Shown one piece after another: positions 1-9,514 of a DNA stretch of 64,000 bases. Positions within the stretch are counted from its first letter, which is position 1. Every line of letters starts with the position of its first letter. The position numbers and the translations under genes are program-made. Source of the stretch: Candidatus Nealsonbacteria bacterium (GTDB taxonomy: Bacteria; Patescibacteriota; Minisyncoccia; Minisyncoccales; PWPS01); contig PUMP01000048.1 in the NCBI GenBank assembly GCA_003551425.1, positions 2,825 through 66,824 on the forward strand. The letters run 5' to 3'. The notes under the pieces were generated by a model. That model searched no databases, was not told the DNA's origin, and was given only the letters and a program-made list of their open reading frames with translations.

Positions 1-15
1 GATTATAATGATGCG

Positions 16-462
16 ATGCGCATGGGTTATATTTCTAAAAAGAATGATTGCTTTGAAAAACTGGGAAGCAGTCAAAGAAAAAGAATAGCCAACGTTTTGC
101 AAGCGGTGATAAAAGAAAGTGCGGAAAAAGGAAAGGTTTCCTTTGAAGAAAGCGAGATGGCCGAAATATTCAGCAGTGCAAGTAATTTTATGTTTGAAAG
201 AGTTTATGCAGAGGCGGACAAGGATATTGACTTTTCAATCTTGGAAAAAGCGTATAAGCGAATCGAAGAAAGTGAAATTTTTTCACAGTGTAATCCCGTT
301 ATTGTTTTCGCTTTAACCAATGAAGAAGATATTAACGCTATCGCTTTGTCTTCCAGGGCTATAGAAGACCTAGGTATTAAAGAAATTTTAAAAAATATTG
401 AAGGATTAAGGGTAAATGATTTTACTTCTTTTCCCTTTAAAAGGGAGGATTTCTTAATTTGA
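16..462 (+). CDS. hypothetical protein (may extend beyond window start)
   Basis: Continuous 148-aa ORF with no recognisable motif. It stops 4 bp before the next gene start. Confidence 0.35.
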   Translation: MRMGYISKKNDCFEKLGSSQRKRIANVLQAVIKESAEKGKVSFEESEMAEIFSSASNFMFERVYAEADKDIDFSILEKAYKRIEESEIFSQCNPVIVFALTNEEDINAIALSSRAIEDLGIKEILKNIEGLRVNDFTSFPFKREDFLI

Positions 463-578
463 ACGTTGTAATTAGGCGCTCTGAAGGGGGCGTCTTTTAT
501 TATAATCAGCTTGACTTATTTTTGTTTCTGGATAAGAATACAATAAAAGAAGCTTTATTATTAACTAATAAAAAACAT

Positions 579-2603
579 ATGAAAAAAGCAATATTAAAAA
601 TATTTTTTGTATTTTTTCTCGTATCATCTTTTGCTTTTATAATAACAGATTATGTGGAAGCCGTTCACCCGCCGATAGATTTTACTGTTACGGTAGAAGA
701 AGACTTTACGGTTTCTATTTTTGAAGACGCAGAATATACAACGCAAGCAATGTCAGACCTTATTATTCTAAGCGGAGAGAAAAAAACAAGAAACCCTTCT
801 CCTGGAACTTATTGGTATAAAGCAGTTTCTGAAGAAAATAACACCTATGAGTGTACTGGTGGAAATTTTAGTGCCAGTTTGACGGCTGAAATAGATGAAA
901 GGTTTGTTACTTTTGAGGTGAAAGACAATGAAGGGAATCCAGCCGAAGGAGAACTGATTTATATTTTTAAAGAAGAAGATATGCCAGGACAAGGTGGACC
1001 TCCAACAGAGGAGTTTGGTAGTGGTTACACCGATGAAGATGGAAAATTTGTATTTGAAGAATTTGAAACAGACCAAGTTTATTGGTACGTGATTGCTCCA
1101 AGAGAAAAATATGAGACCAAAGAAGGAAAATTTGAGATAACAAGCGATGATAATTTTAAAATACAAACAGAAGGTCACTTTATTATTAATTCGATTGAGG
1201 AGGTTGAGATTACGATGAAAAAAGATGCCAATATTGTCAGGTCAATAAGATGGGATGGAGAGGATACGGCAGCAGACAAGCATCCTTCTGAGCCTGCCTT
1301 TTATCAATTTTTTCATGAGGACGGAAATCAAGCGAAATTTCAGTTTAAAATAGGAAAATTTGATAGCGATATTAGTGACACAAAGAGAGTTACCGCTGAT
1401 TTCGAGGCTTTTGGGGGGCCAACAAGTGTGGAACCTAACCTTTTTGAAGATAATTATTATTATTTTCTTTGGGATTGGTATGAAGAAGGAGAAGATGTAG
1501 AGCAAGAAGGACCCTTTAATACAGTGCCTATTTATCACTGGGTAAGAGCAGACTCAGCATCAGATTGGCAAATATATAACATTGGCACCTTGCTTGCTTC
1601 CAATTTTAATCCGAGAGAACATATTCCAATACTTGGAGGGGAGGAGTCGGAAACAACGGACTGGTCGGGAGTGCATGAAGAGCATGGCGTAAGTGATGAC
1701 TTTGATTTTACCGCTGCTGAGAATTTAGTTTTTCACAATGTGGGCGTTGGTAAGCTGGAAATTGCTGGGCCCGTTAATCTTACCGAAAGAAAAACGGCAG
1801 AAAGTCTGGCTGGCCTTGCATTCCATCTTAACATTGAAGAAGGTAGAATGTCTTTGGACACGGAAAGATTGTTCGCTTTTGCCGGAGAATATGGAGCGGC
1901 TACTCTAACGATGTATGACATAGATTTTGAAAATGCTCCCAATATTGTATACACCGATCAAGACGGTAATCAACAAGAAGTTGTGACTGCAGGAGAAATT
2001 GTAGATAGTGACGTGATCAGTTCTTTTGACTGGAATGAAAACGAAGGGATCATAGAGTTTTCCGTAACAGGATGGAGTGCTTATGAGGCAGTTGAGTCAA
2101 CTCCTGCACCAACTCCTTCCAGGCGAGGAGGTGGCGCACTTGCTCCTAGAATGAAACCTGAAGTTCCCGAAAAAGAGATTCCCGAAGAGGCAATAGAAAA
2201 AGTAGAAGCTTATAGAGAAAGAGCGGAAAATATAGCTCAAGAAGCAAAAAGAATGAGAGACAATAAAGACAGTTTGGATGGAATGAAAGAGACAGTAATG
2301 ACTTTGCTTGAGATGGATGAGATGGAGCCTCAAAGAGAAACGCTTCTAGCAATGCTTAAAAGAATAGAGGAGCTAAAAGAAAGGGTGGAAGAGAACTTAA
2401 AAGAAAAAGAAGAGAAGTTGGAAGAAGTAAGGAGCAAAAAAGCTCTTGCAGAAAAAAGCGAAAAGATAGAGGAAATAAAAGAAATGATTAGAGATTTTCT
2501 TGATTCTGACGAAGCAGAGGAAGATGAAAAAGAATCTTTTCTTGAGGCATTAGAGGCAGCGGAAAGATTGCAAGGACGTATTCAAAAAATACTTCTTAGG
2601 TAG
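579..2603 (+). CDS. large secreted/membrane-anchored protein with C-terminal Glu/Lys-rich coiled coil
   Basis: I moved the start to the internal ATG (MKKAILKIFFVFFLVSSFAF), which gives a signal/TM segment. A long acidic ectodomain follows. The last ~170 aa are heptad-like E/K-rich. Confidence 0.55.
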   Translation: MKKAILKIFFVFFLVSSFAFIITDYVEAVHPPIDFTVTVEEDFTVSIFEDAEYTTQAMSDLIILSGEKKTRNPSPGTYWYKAVSEENNTYECTGGNFSASLTAEIDERFVTFEVKDNEGNPAEGELIYIFKEEDMPGQGGPPTEEFGSGYTDEDGKFVFEEFETDQVYWYVIAPREKYETKEGKFEITSDDNFKIQTEGHFIINSIEEVEITMKKDANIVRSIRWDGEDTAADKHPSEPAFYQFFHEDGNQAKFQFKIGKFDSDISDTKRVTADFEAFGGPTSVEPNLFEDNYYYFLWDWYEEGEDVEQEGPFNTVPIYHWVRADSASDWQIYNIGTLLASNFNPREHIPILGGEESETTDWSGVHEEHGVSDDFDFTAAENLVFHNVGVGKLEIAGPVNLTERKTAESLAGLAFHLNIEEGRMSLDTERLFAFAGEYGAATLTMYDIDFENAPNIVYTDQDGNQQEVVTAGEIVDSDVISSFDWNENEGIIEFSVTGWSAYEAVESTPAPTPSRRGGGALAPRMKPEVPEKEIPEEAIEKVEAYRERAENIAQEAKRMRDNKDSLDGMKETVMTLLEMDEMEPQRETLLAMLKRIEELKERVEENLKEKEEKLEEVRSKKALAEKSEKIEEIKEMIRDFLDSDEAEEDEKESFLEALEAAERLQGRIQKILLR

Positions 2604-2680
2604 CCCTTAAGCAGAAAGACTGTGTGCTTTTATTTTCATATTAATGAAATCTCTGGCCGAAATAATTACAATCAAATTTT

Positions 2681-3514
2681 TTATAAAGATTTTGACCGGA
2701 TACTACTGTTGACTACAAAAACAGAAGCTTTGGTTGTGTGATCATAGTGGTGACGGTCATGACTGTGTTCGTGAGAAACTAAGGAAGACAAAAACAACAT
2801 TAGAATTAACCCAAAAAGAAAGGCGGCAATATGAAAAAGAAAGCATTTTTTGCAGCTTAATTCATGAAAAGAGTGGGGGATAAGATCTTGCAGGACAACA
2901 ACCAGAAAAGCTCCGGCAGATATTCCAAGAAGAGGTGCCTCTAAGGCGGTAAAAAGAGAAAGGAGAAAGAACCCACCGAGAGACCCGACAAGGATAGTTC
3001 CGGAAACTCCGAAGTTTATAAAAACAGCCCTCTTAATGCTGTAACCGGCCTTTCTTAAAACAAAGAAGATAGATGTTTCTTGCACTAGCTCATGAATGAA
3101 TACACTTACAGTCGTTACTAATCCCAAGTGAAAGTTGGCGGAAAAGGCAGCGACTAAAAGCACTCCATCTCCAATATTATGAATTCCGTTGCCGGTAAGT
3201 ATTTTCCTTACGTCTATATTATTTTTTTCTTTCGCATTATCGTGCCTATGAGAGTGAGGCAAGACATTAAATATTACCCAGATTCCAATAGCTCCAATAA
3301 ATATCCAGAAAAGACCCTCTTCTACTGTATTAGAGTGGGCGACTGCTTCTCTTCCTAATTCATAAGAAACAAAAAGAAACAATCCGGCCGTGAAGCTTAT
3401 AAGTAGACCGAGCCTTCTTTCTATAGCACTGCCAATTGTTTTGAAGAAAGACAGTGCTCCGCCAAAAGCGGCTAACATTACGACAATTGAAGCAATAAGT
3501 ATCTCTAAAAACAC
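2681..3514 (-). CDS. ZIP family zinc/metal transporter (ZupT-like)
   Basis: Multi-TM protein with His-rich segments (HSHRHD, HEHSHDRHHYDH). It carries the conserved ZIP motifs IHNIGDG and HELVQE/LQDLIPHS. Confidence 0.75.
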   Translation of the reverse strand: MFLEILIASIVVMLAAFGGALSFFKTIGSAIERRLGLLISFTAGLFLFVSYELGREAVAHSNTVEEGLFWIFIGAIGIWVIFNVLPHSHRHDNAKEKNNIDVRKILTGNGIHNIGDGVLLVAAFSANFHLGLVTTVSVFIHELVQETSIFFVLRKAGYSIKRAVFINFGVSGTILVGSLGGFFLLSLFTALEAPLLGISAGAFLVVVLQDLIPHSFHELSCKKCFLFHIAAFLFGLILMLFLSSLVSHEHSHDRHHYDHTTKASVFVVNSSIRSKSL

Positions 3515-3581
3515 AATAACCTTATTTTAAGTTCTTTTTTCTTTTTTTCAAGCAAAAGCAAAGATTGACAAAAGTACTATT

Positions 3582-3598
3582 TCAGATAATCTATTAAT
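3582..3598. promoter_or_regulatory. near-palindromic Fur/Zur-like box (gATAATCTATTAAt) in divergent promoter region, next to a TTGACA -35-like hexamer
   Basis: The ATAAT-N2-ATTAA imperfect palindrome lies ~70 bp upstream of the ZIP transporter start. A TTGACA hexamer sits at 3564-3569 with 16-nt spacing to TAATCT. Confidence 0.25.
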
Positions 3599-3647
3599 AG
3601 GAGAAGATAGGGGAGTTAGCTTCCCGGTTTTTATGTCTTAATTATTC

Positions 3648-4145
3648 ATGAGAAAGAAAATACTTTTAATACTTTTTGTAACGGGACTCTCTTTCTTCTT
3701 TATCTTTCAAAGAGATAATCAAGACTATCCGGAAGAAGAGAAGGAAAATTCGAAAGAAGAAATTATTCTTGAAGAAGAGGAAGAGGTTGAAGAAAAGATA
3801 AGGGAAGAAGATACTATAGAAAAAGAAAACGATACTGCCGATGAGAAAGAGCCGGATGATGTTGTTGTCAAGGAAGAAAATGATTTTATATCTTGCTTGG
3901 AAAATAAAGGGGTGGTAATTTATGGTTATGCGTGGTGTCCTGCTTGTAAGCAGCTGGTAGAACATTTAGGAGGATATGATATAGTTGAGCCTATTTATGT
4001 GGAGTGCACGCAAGAGGAAGACAGATGCAGAGAAGAGATGATAGGGATGGATGTTCCTGAAATTCAGATTCAGGGTGAGATTTATAAGGGTTCAAGAAAC
4101 ATTGAAAAAATAGCCGAAAAAACAAGCTGTAAAGATTATTATTAA
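3648..4145 (+). CDS. membrane-anchored thioredoxin-fold protein (CxxC, glutaredoxin/thioredoxin-like)
   Basis: N-terminal TM, then an acidic linker, then WCPACKQ (CxxC) inside a Trx-like segment. Confidence 0.6.
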   Translation: MRKKILLILFVTGLSFFFIFQRDNQDYPEEEKENSKEEIILEEEEEVEEKIREEDTIEKENDTADEKEPDDVVVKEENDFISCLENKGVVIYGYAWCPACKQLVEHLGGYDIVEPIYVECTQEEDRCREEMIGMDVPEIQIQGEIYKGSRNIEKIAEKTSCKDYY

Positions 4146-4148
4146 ACT

Positions 4149-5285
4149 ATGCGCCAAAAGATACTTAAAATATTTCCTCTCTTCGTAGTATTGTTTCTTG
4201 TCTTTGTTCCTTTTTCTTTTGTGCAAGGAGAAACAGAAGAGAAAGAAGAAATAACAGTATATTTCTTTGAAGACAGACTTTGTCCGGTTTGCCGGGATCA
4301 GAAAGAATTCATGGAGTCTATAAAAGACGATTATCCGCAAATGGAGCTAAAGATTTATCCGATTAGTGATTTTGATAAGCTGGAAGAAGTTGCCGCAATG
4401 CATGGAGTGGAAGATCCGGAAATAATGGCACCAACTACTTTTATTGGTGAAAATTACTTTCAATTTTCTCATTTTACGGAAGATCACAAAGAGAGGATTA
4501 TAAAAGCATTGGAAGGGGAGATAGTGGACGAGGACTGTTGTATGGTGCGTATTCCGGTGCTGAATATGGAGGTGGATATAAGCCAGTGGTCTCTTCCTCT
4601 TATAACGGTAATGCTCGGATCCTTGGATGGATTCAATGTTTGCTCTATCGGTGCGCTTATTTTGATACTTTCTATCGTGCTTGTTTTCAAGTCAAGGAAA
4701 AAGATTTTCTTTTACGGAGGGCTTTTCATTTTCACCACGGTTGCGGTTTATGGAGCTTTGGTGTTTTTATGGGGGCAATTGTTTAGAGCATTGATCGGAC
4801 ACTCCGAAATACTTAGTTATATTGTGGGGGCAGCAGCTTTCTTCGGAGGAGTTTACTTTTTTAAAGAGTTTTACCGTTTTTTCAGATATGGTCCAACCTG
4901 TGAATCTTCAAGCAATAAATTTGCAATTAAAGCAACAAAGAAAGTCCAAGAAGCTTTTGCGGATTCAAAAAGGGGAGCGCTTGCCTTAGCGGGAAGTATT
5001 ATATTTTTTGCTGCAGTGATAACTATTGTTGAGCTGCCGTGTTCCGTAGGAATTCCGATTGCGTTTACGGGGGTCTTAATAGAAGCAGGCGTTTCTCTTA
5101 CTACCTTTATTTCTTATGTTCTTCTTTATCTCTTCTTCTATATGCTTATTGAGATTATTATTTTCACGGGAGCGGTGCTGACAAGAGAGATTTGGATTGC
5201 AAACTCAAGGGCGATTACATGGGTAACTTTGTTTGGTTCTTTAGTATTATTTTATCTGGCTTATTATTATATTTTCGGACTTTAA
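4149..5285 (+). CDS. thioredoxin-like domain fused to CcdA/DsbD-type transmembrane disulfide transporter
   Basis: Signal peptide, then CPVCRDQ (CxxC) Trx-like domain, then a polytopic membrane domain. The membrane domain has two intramembrane Cys (NVCSIGA and ELPCSVGIP) as in the CcdA/DsbD beta core. Confidence 0.6.
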   Translation: MRQKILKIFPLFVVLFLVFVPFSFVQGETEEKEEITVYFFEDRLCPVCRDQKEFMESIKDDYPQMELKIYPISDFDKLEEVAAMHGVEDPEIMAPTTFIGENYFQFSHFTEDHKERIIKALEGEIVDEDCCMVRIPVLNMEVDISQWSLPLITVMLGSLDGFNVCSIGALILILSIVLVFKSRKKIFFYGGLFIFTTVAVYGALVFLWGQLFRALIGHSEILSYIVGAAAFFGGVYFFKEFYRFFRYGPTCESSSNKFAIKATKKVQEAFADSKRGALALAGSIIFFAAVITIVELPCSVGIPIAFTGVLIEAGVSLTTFISYVLLYLFFYMLIEIIIFTGAVLTREIWIANSRAITWVTLFGSLVLFYLAYYYIFGL

Positions 5286-5342
5286 GATGTTTATGAAAAT
5301 TAAAATGATTTTTAATCCGAGAATATTTCTCGGTTTTTTGTT

Positions 5343-5864
5343 ATGAATAATTGGTATGTTATAACGGGAGCACCTTCTTCAGGAAAAACGACGATTATAA
5401 CTTCTTTGGAAAAGAAGGGTTATAGAGTGGTTCACGAGACCGCTCGTGCTTATATCGACCAGGAGTTGAAAAAGGGGTTTACTATACAAGAAATCCAGAA
5501 AGACAAAAAGTTTTTTCAAGATGAAATAATGAAAATGAAAATAGAAGCGGAGAAAAAATTAAATGTTCGTGATATGATTTTTTTGGACCGGGGGATTCCC
5601 GATACTTGCGCATATTACATGCTGCACGGAATTTCTTTTGACCTGAATTTACGGGAAGTGGCAAGGAGGTGTAGTTATAAAAAAGTCTTTCTTCTTGATA
5701 ATCTCCCGTATAAATCCGATTATGCTAGAGTGGAAGATCAGCAGCAACAAAATAAGCTTTATGAATTCCTTGAAGAAACGTATCAAGGTTTTGGCCTTGA
5801 AATTGTGAAAGTACCGGTATTGCCGGTTAAAGATAGAGTGTGTTTGGTCTTAAATAATTTATAA
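5343..5864 (+). CDS. P-loop NTPase, AAA_28/NadR-C (nicotinamide riboside kinase-like) family
   Basis: Walker A ITGAPSSGKTT near the N-terminus and a Walker B-like IFLDRG. Size and layout match the small AAA_28 ATPases. Confidence 0.55.
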   Translation: MNNWYVITGAPSSGKTTIITSLEKKGYRVVHETARAYIDQELKKGFTIQEIQKDKKFFQDEIMKMKIEAEKKLNVRDMIFLDRGIPDTCAYYMLHGISFDLNLREVARRCSYKKVFLLDNLPYKSDYARVEDQQQQNKLYEFLEETYQGFGLEIVKVPVLPVKDRVCLVLNNL

Positions 5865-5913
5865 ACATAAATATTGTTAAAAGAAATTAAATAAGATATC
5901 ATTTTGATAGATT

Positions 5914-6612
5914 ATGTCGGTCTTTACGCAGAAAACATTTCTCTTTCTTTCTTTTATAGTAATATTATTAGTGGTAATAATGTTTTTTGTGCTAGGCCAA
6001 GAAAATAATAACAATTATATGGAGAATAATATTAAATTGCCTGAACCTTCCACAGAAGGAGAAGTGTCTCTTGAAGAGGCGATTTCAAAAAGAAGGTCGG
6101 TAAGAAGTTACAAAGAAGAACCGTTAAATATACGGGAATTATCCCAGATTCTTTGGGCCTCTCAAGGAATAACTAACTCTGATCTCAGAGCAGCACCATC
6201 CGCTGGGGCGCTTTATCCTTTATCTATTTATGTTGTTGCCGAGAACGTTGAAAATCTTACTTCGGGAATATATCAGTACTTAGTTCAGGAGCATAGATTA
6301 AAACCCATAAAGAAGGGAAGTTTTAAAGATGAACTTTATCAGAGTGCTTTAAGGCAATCTTCAATCAAAGAAAGCTCTTTGATAGTAATAATTACAGGTG
6401 ACTATGATATTACGGAAAAAGTATACGGAGAGCGGGCTAAAAGGTATGTCCATATGGAGGCCGGACATGTCGGGCAGAATATATATTTACAAGCGGAAAC
6501 CCTTGGCCTTGGTACGGTGGCCATTGGTGCTTTTAACGATGAAGAAATAAAAGAAACAATTGCTCTAGAAAAAGAAGTCCCACTTTATATTTTTCCGATA
6601 GTAAGAAAGTAG
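5914..6612 (+). CDS. nitroreductase-family (SagB-type dehydrogenase-like) protein with N-terminal TM
   Basis: RRSVRSY...AAPSAGALYP...EAGHVGQN motifs are typical of the nitroreductase/NADH oxidase fold. Confidence 0.65.
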   Translation: MSVFTQKTFLFLSFIVILLVVIMFFVLGQENNNNYMENNIKLPEPSTEGEVSLEEAISKRRSVRSYKEEPLNIRELSQILWASQGITNSDLRAAPSAGALYPLSIYVVAENVENLTSGIYQYLVQEHRLKPIKKGSFKDELYQSALRQSSIKESSLIVIITGDYDITEKVYGERAKRYVHMEAGHVGQNIYLQAETLGLGTVAIGAFNDEEIKETIALEKEVPLYIFPIVRK

Positions 6613-6623
6613 TTTTTTAAAAC

Positions 6624-6652
6624 TAAAAACACCGAGCTTGTCGGTGTTTTTA
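6624..6652. terminator. bidirectional intrinsic terminator between convergent genes
   Basis: aaaaACACCGAGCttgtCGGTGTtttt hairpin flanked by A/T runs on both sides. Confidence 0.6.
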
Positions 6653-6671
6653 ATTGAATTTCTGTAAGGCT

Positions 6672-6944
6672 TTACTTAACCAAGTTCTTCAAAGCTTGCC
6701 CAGGTTTGAATTTCGGAACTTTTGAAGCAGCAATTTTAATCTTCTCTTTGGTTCTCGGATTAATTCCTTGGCGTGCTTTTCTTTTAGCAACGGAAAAAGT
6801 TCCAAATCCGGTAAGAGTTACATCCTTACCTTTTTTCAGAGATCCACTGATTTCATCTAAGATGGTGTTGAGACTTTCTCTGGCAGCACTCTTGGAAACT
6901 TTCATTTTTTTGGCTAATTTTTCGACAAGTTCTTCTTTTTTCAT
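6672..6944 (-). CDS. hup: DNA-binding protein HU
   Basis: 90 aa; MKKEELVEKLAKK...GFGTFSV..R.AR.GINPRT is the HU/IHF signature. Confidence 0.85.
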   Translation of the reverse strand: MKKEELVEKLAKKMKVSKSAARESLNTILDEISGSLKKGKDVTLTGFGTFSVAKRKARQGINPRTKEKIKIAASKVPKFKPGQALKNLVK

Positions 6945-7144
6945 AAATCAATTATTTTATTAAAATTAATCGACCTTTATGTTGCCTTATTATAACAACG
7001 TTTCTTATTCTTTTTCAATACTTTTAAAATATCACTTTTTTATTATCATATCAAGCAATTGCATTCATCTTGTAAAGCTCATTGCTTGATAACGTGCTTA
7101 TGTTATGATTATCTAATAATAATTGTCAAAAAATTATAGAGTAA

Positions 7145-9163
7145 ATGCTTGAATTCACCTCCTTTTTCATTGTCATCATTACAGCGCTTGTTTTTTCGCA
7201 AGTTTTCGGACGTTTTCACGTTCCTTGGATAATTGCCCTTATTGTAGGAGGAATGATAGTGGGTCCGCACGGTTTTGATATTGTAACTCCCGATATCACC
7301 TTGGAGTTTTTTAAGAATTTGGGACTCGTTTTTTTGATGTTTATGGCCGGGCTTCATATACGTTTTTCCGGCATGAAGCTTGTCTTGAAAGAATCTTTTT
7401 TGATTGCTGGCATGGCGGGAGCTATTTCTTTTGTGACCGGAACAGGGGTAGGGCTTTTACTTGGCTACGATATAGCGGTTTCCATCTTGCTTGGAATAAT
7501 CTTTATCTCTTCATCTATCGCCGTTCTTATCCCTTTTCTTGAAAAGAGAGGTCTTATTCATTCACGCCTTGGGCGTACGGTGGTTTCGGCGATCATGATT
7601 CAAGATATTGTGAGCTTGATCTTTCTTGCCATAGCCTTGCAGTATCTTTTTGCTACTACGGCCCTTCCCTTACCTCTGTTTCTTCTTATCTTCATAATCA
7701 CTCTCTTTGTAATAGGAATTGTAAAGTGGGGGATTCCTCACCTGAAAAAAAGCCTTTATCATCCGGAAGAAAAGCAGGGCGATGTCTTTGAAAAAGATCT
7801 TCGTCTTGTTTTTGCTGTTTTAGTGGGAATGGTACTTATTTCAGAAGCACTAGGACTACACTCTATCATCGGTGCTTTCTTTGCCGGGATTGTTTTGTCG
7901 GAGGCTATTACGGGAACAACCTTAAAGGAGAAGATACATGTTTTGGCTTATGGGCTTTTTATCCCCATTTTCTTCGTTGTGCTTGGGATGCAAACCAATC
8001 CAATGATCTTTTTGGAGGCAAGAGAGGGGATTGTGCTGCTTCTTGTAATTGTTTCAGCATCTATGGTCTCTAAATTTGCGGGAGGATGGATTTCTTCTCG
8101 TTTAGCTGGCTTTACCAATCTTCAGAGCGTTTTCATAGGGGGAAGCGGAATTCCTCAACTTTCCACCACTCTTGCGGTAGTTGCGGTTGGGCAACACCTT
8201 AATATTATTGGAGATGAATTAATAACGGCACTTATTTTTCTAAGCATTATTACGACCTTTGTGGGACCTTCTTTGTCCGGGTATATCTTCGGAAAGGCCA
8301 AAAAAGAGCATCTTATGGAAAACTATAAGATGTACTTTTCGCCTCGTATCTCCAGAGAGTTTGCCAGACAAGAGCAAAACGAAAAGAATTTCCAGGTAGC
8401 GGAAATTATCGACAGAATAGTTATGAAAGAGATAGAGAATATTTCTGCTCCGCTTTATGTTGCCGAGCTTGGCGGAGGAGCACACCCTGACAGATATCAC
8501 AATCTCTTCAACAGACTTCTTAAAGAAAAAAGAAGCTATATTGATTGGGTGGATGCATCTTCGGAGATGCTAAAGCTTGCTAAAGAGTATATCTCTAACC
8601 CGGACTATGAAGAACGTAAAAGTGTTCTTTCCTTTAAAAATAAGGAAATAACAGAGTATTTATATGATCTTGAAGACGAAACTCTTGATGTTGCGATAAT
8701 GAAATATGTGATTGATCACATGAAAGATTTAGATGAACTTTTTTCCCTTCTTTCATCAAAGCTTAAAAGAGAGGGTAAGTTTATCGCTACAATTAATACG
8801 AATCCGGAATTAAAAAGTATTTCTACAAATGCTCGCTATCTTTATCAAGGTGAAGAATTTCCAGAGAACGAGACCAAAACACTTAAAGATGGAGATGTTG
8901 TTACAGTTAAGTTTTTTAAAGAATCCGGGAATCCGGAGTCCGGATACATTGAAGGTTCGGAAATATTGAGATATTTCCACTCTGCAGAAAAGATAAAAGA
9001 ATTGGCATCTCGGCATAATTTTGACATTTTCCTTGGTGATTGGAGAGAAATTGTCCCTGAAGAGAAAGAAGAAAATATTTTTGAAACGAGTCAAGAAGTC
9101 TTAATTTTAACAAATAAAAAAAACGAAAAAGATAATTTTAGCCACAACCTCCCCTTATCGTAA
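7145..9163 (+). CDS. cation:proton antiporter (Na+/H+ exchanger/CPA family) fused to C-terminal class-I SAM methyltransferase-like domain
   Basis: The N-terminal ~390 aa form a polytopic CPA-type membrane domain. The C-terminal ~280 aa form a Rossmann domain with MTase motif I-like ELGGGAHPD and motif II-like DVAIMKYVIDH. Confidence 0.65.
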   Translation: MLEFTSFFIVIITALVFSQVFGRFHVPWIIALIVGGMIVGPHGFDIVTPDITLEFFKNLGLVFLMFMAGLHIRFSGMKLVLKESFLIAGMAGAISFVTGTGVGLLLGYDIAVSILLGIIFISSSIAVLIPFLEKRGLIHSRLGRTVVSAIMIQDIVSLIFLAIALQYLFATTALPLPLFLLIFIITLFVIGIVKWGIPHLKKSLYHPEEKQGDVFEKDLRLVFAVLVGMVLISEALGLHSIIGAFFAGIVLSEAITGTTLKEKIHVLAYGLFIPIFFVVLGMQTNPMIFLEAREGIVLLLVIVSASMVSKFAGGWISSRLAGFTNLQSVFIGGSGIPQLSTTLAVVAVGQHLNIIGDELITALIFLSIITTFVGPSLSGYIFGKAKKEHLMENYKMYFSPRISREFARQEQNEKNFQVAEIIDRIVMKEIENISAPLYVAELGGGAHPDRYHNLFNRLLKEKRSYIDWVDASSEMLKLAKEYISNPDYEERKSVLSFKNKEITEYLYDLEDETLDVAIMKYVIDHMKDLDELFSLLSSKLKREGKFIATINTNPELKSISTNARYLYQGEEFPENETKTLKDGDVVTVKFFKESGNPESGYIEGSEILRYFHSAEKIKELASRHNFDIFLGDWREIVPEEKEENIFETSQEVLILTNKKNEKDNFSHNLPLS

Positions 9164-9164
9164 A

Positions 9165-9365
9165 AAAATATTTGCTTCCTATGCCTTTTGAGACGAAAGG
9201 AAGTAACAAAGCCCGGAAGAACCGGTCAAAGAGTTGGCGAAATTAAAGGTAGAAGCGACATAGTGACAATATTGTTATCGGCTTTGATTCTGTTGGACTT
9301 TCTAAGGGAAAAATATTAGAAAAACCGAGATCAAAGAAAGAAGCCTTTAAGAGATTGCAATAAGA
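9165..9365 (+). pseudogene. decayed fragment of a maf paralogue (frameshifted, internal stops)
   Basis: Its translation in shifting frames matches the intact Maf at 48272..48853. Examples: KIF-A-S-Y-AF-ETKGSN..PEEPVKELAKLKVEA.. versus ELVKELAKLKAEA, and IVIGFDSVG..KILEKPRSKKEAFKRLQ. Confidence 0.5.
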
Positions 9366-9415
9366 GCTTTACTTTTTAATGATAGTTATTATAATAAAAA
9401 AAGGAGGTGTGAAAA

Positions 9416-9514
9416 ATGAAGTTCTTTGGAATATTGTTTGTCGTGCTCATTATAGTGTGTGGTATAATCTCCATTTTGGGAGCAACAGGGCTCTTGAAGC
9501 CTTTGCTGTTCTAA
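9416..9514 (+). CDS. small hydrophobic peptide (32 aa, MKFFGILFVVLIIVCGIISILGATGLLKPLLF)
   Basis: A consensus SD (AAGGAGGTG) sits 8 nt upstream of the ATG. One predicted TM helix. A hairpin follows. Confidence 0.4.
   Translation: MKFFGILFVVLIIVCGIISILGATGLLKPLLF

Noticed and set aside
768-2352. Minus-strand ORFs inside the 579..2603 gene (136, 98, 73, 78, 68 aa)
   Set aside because: Antisense shadows within a long, well-supported coding frame; low-complexity hydrophobic translations.
6960-7140. 9-bp inverted repeat ATCAAGCAA...TTGCTTGAT between hup and the antiporter gene
   Set aside because: Single occurrence in a very AT-rich divergent promoter region. Cannot be distinguished from chance without comparative data.
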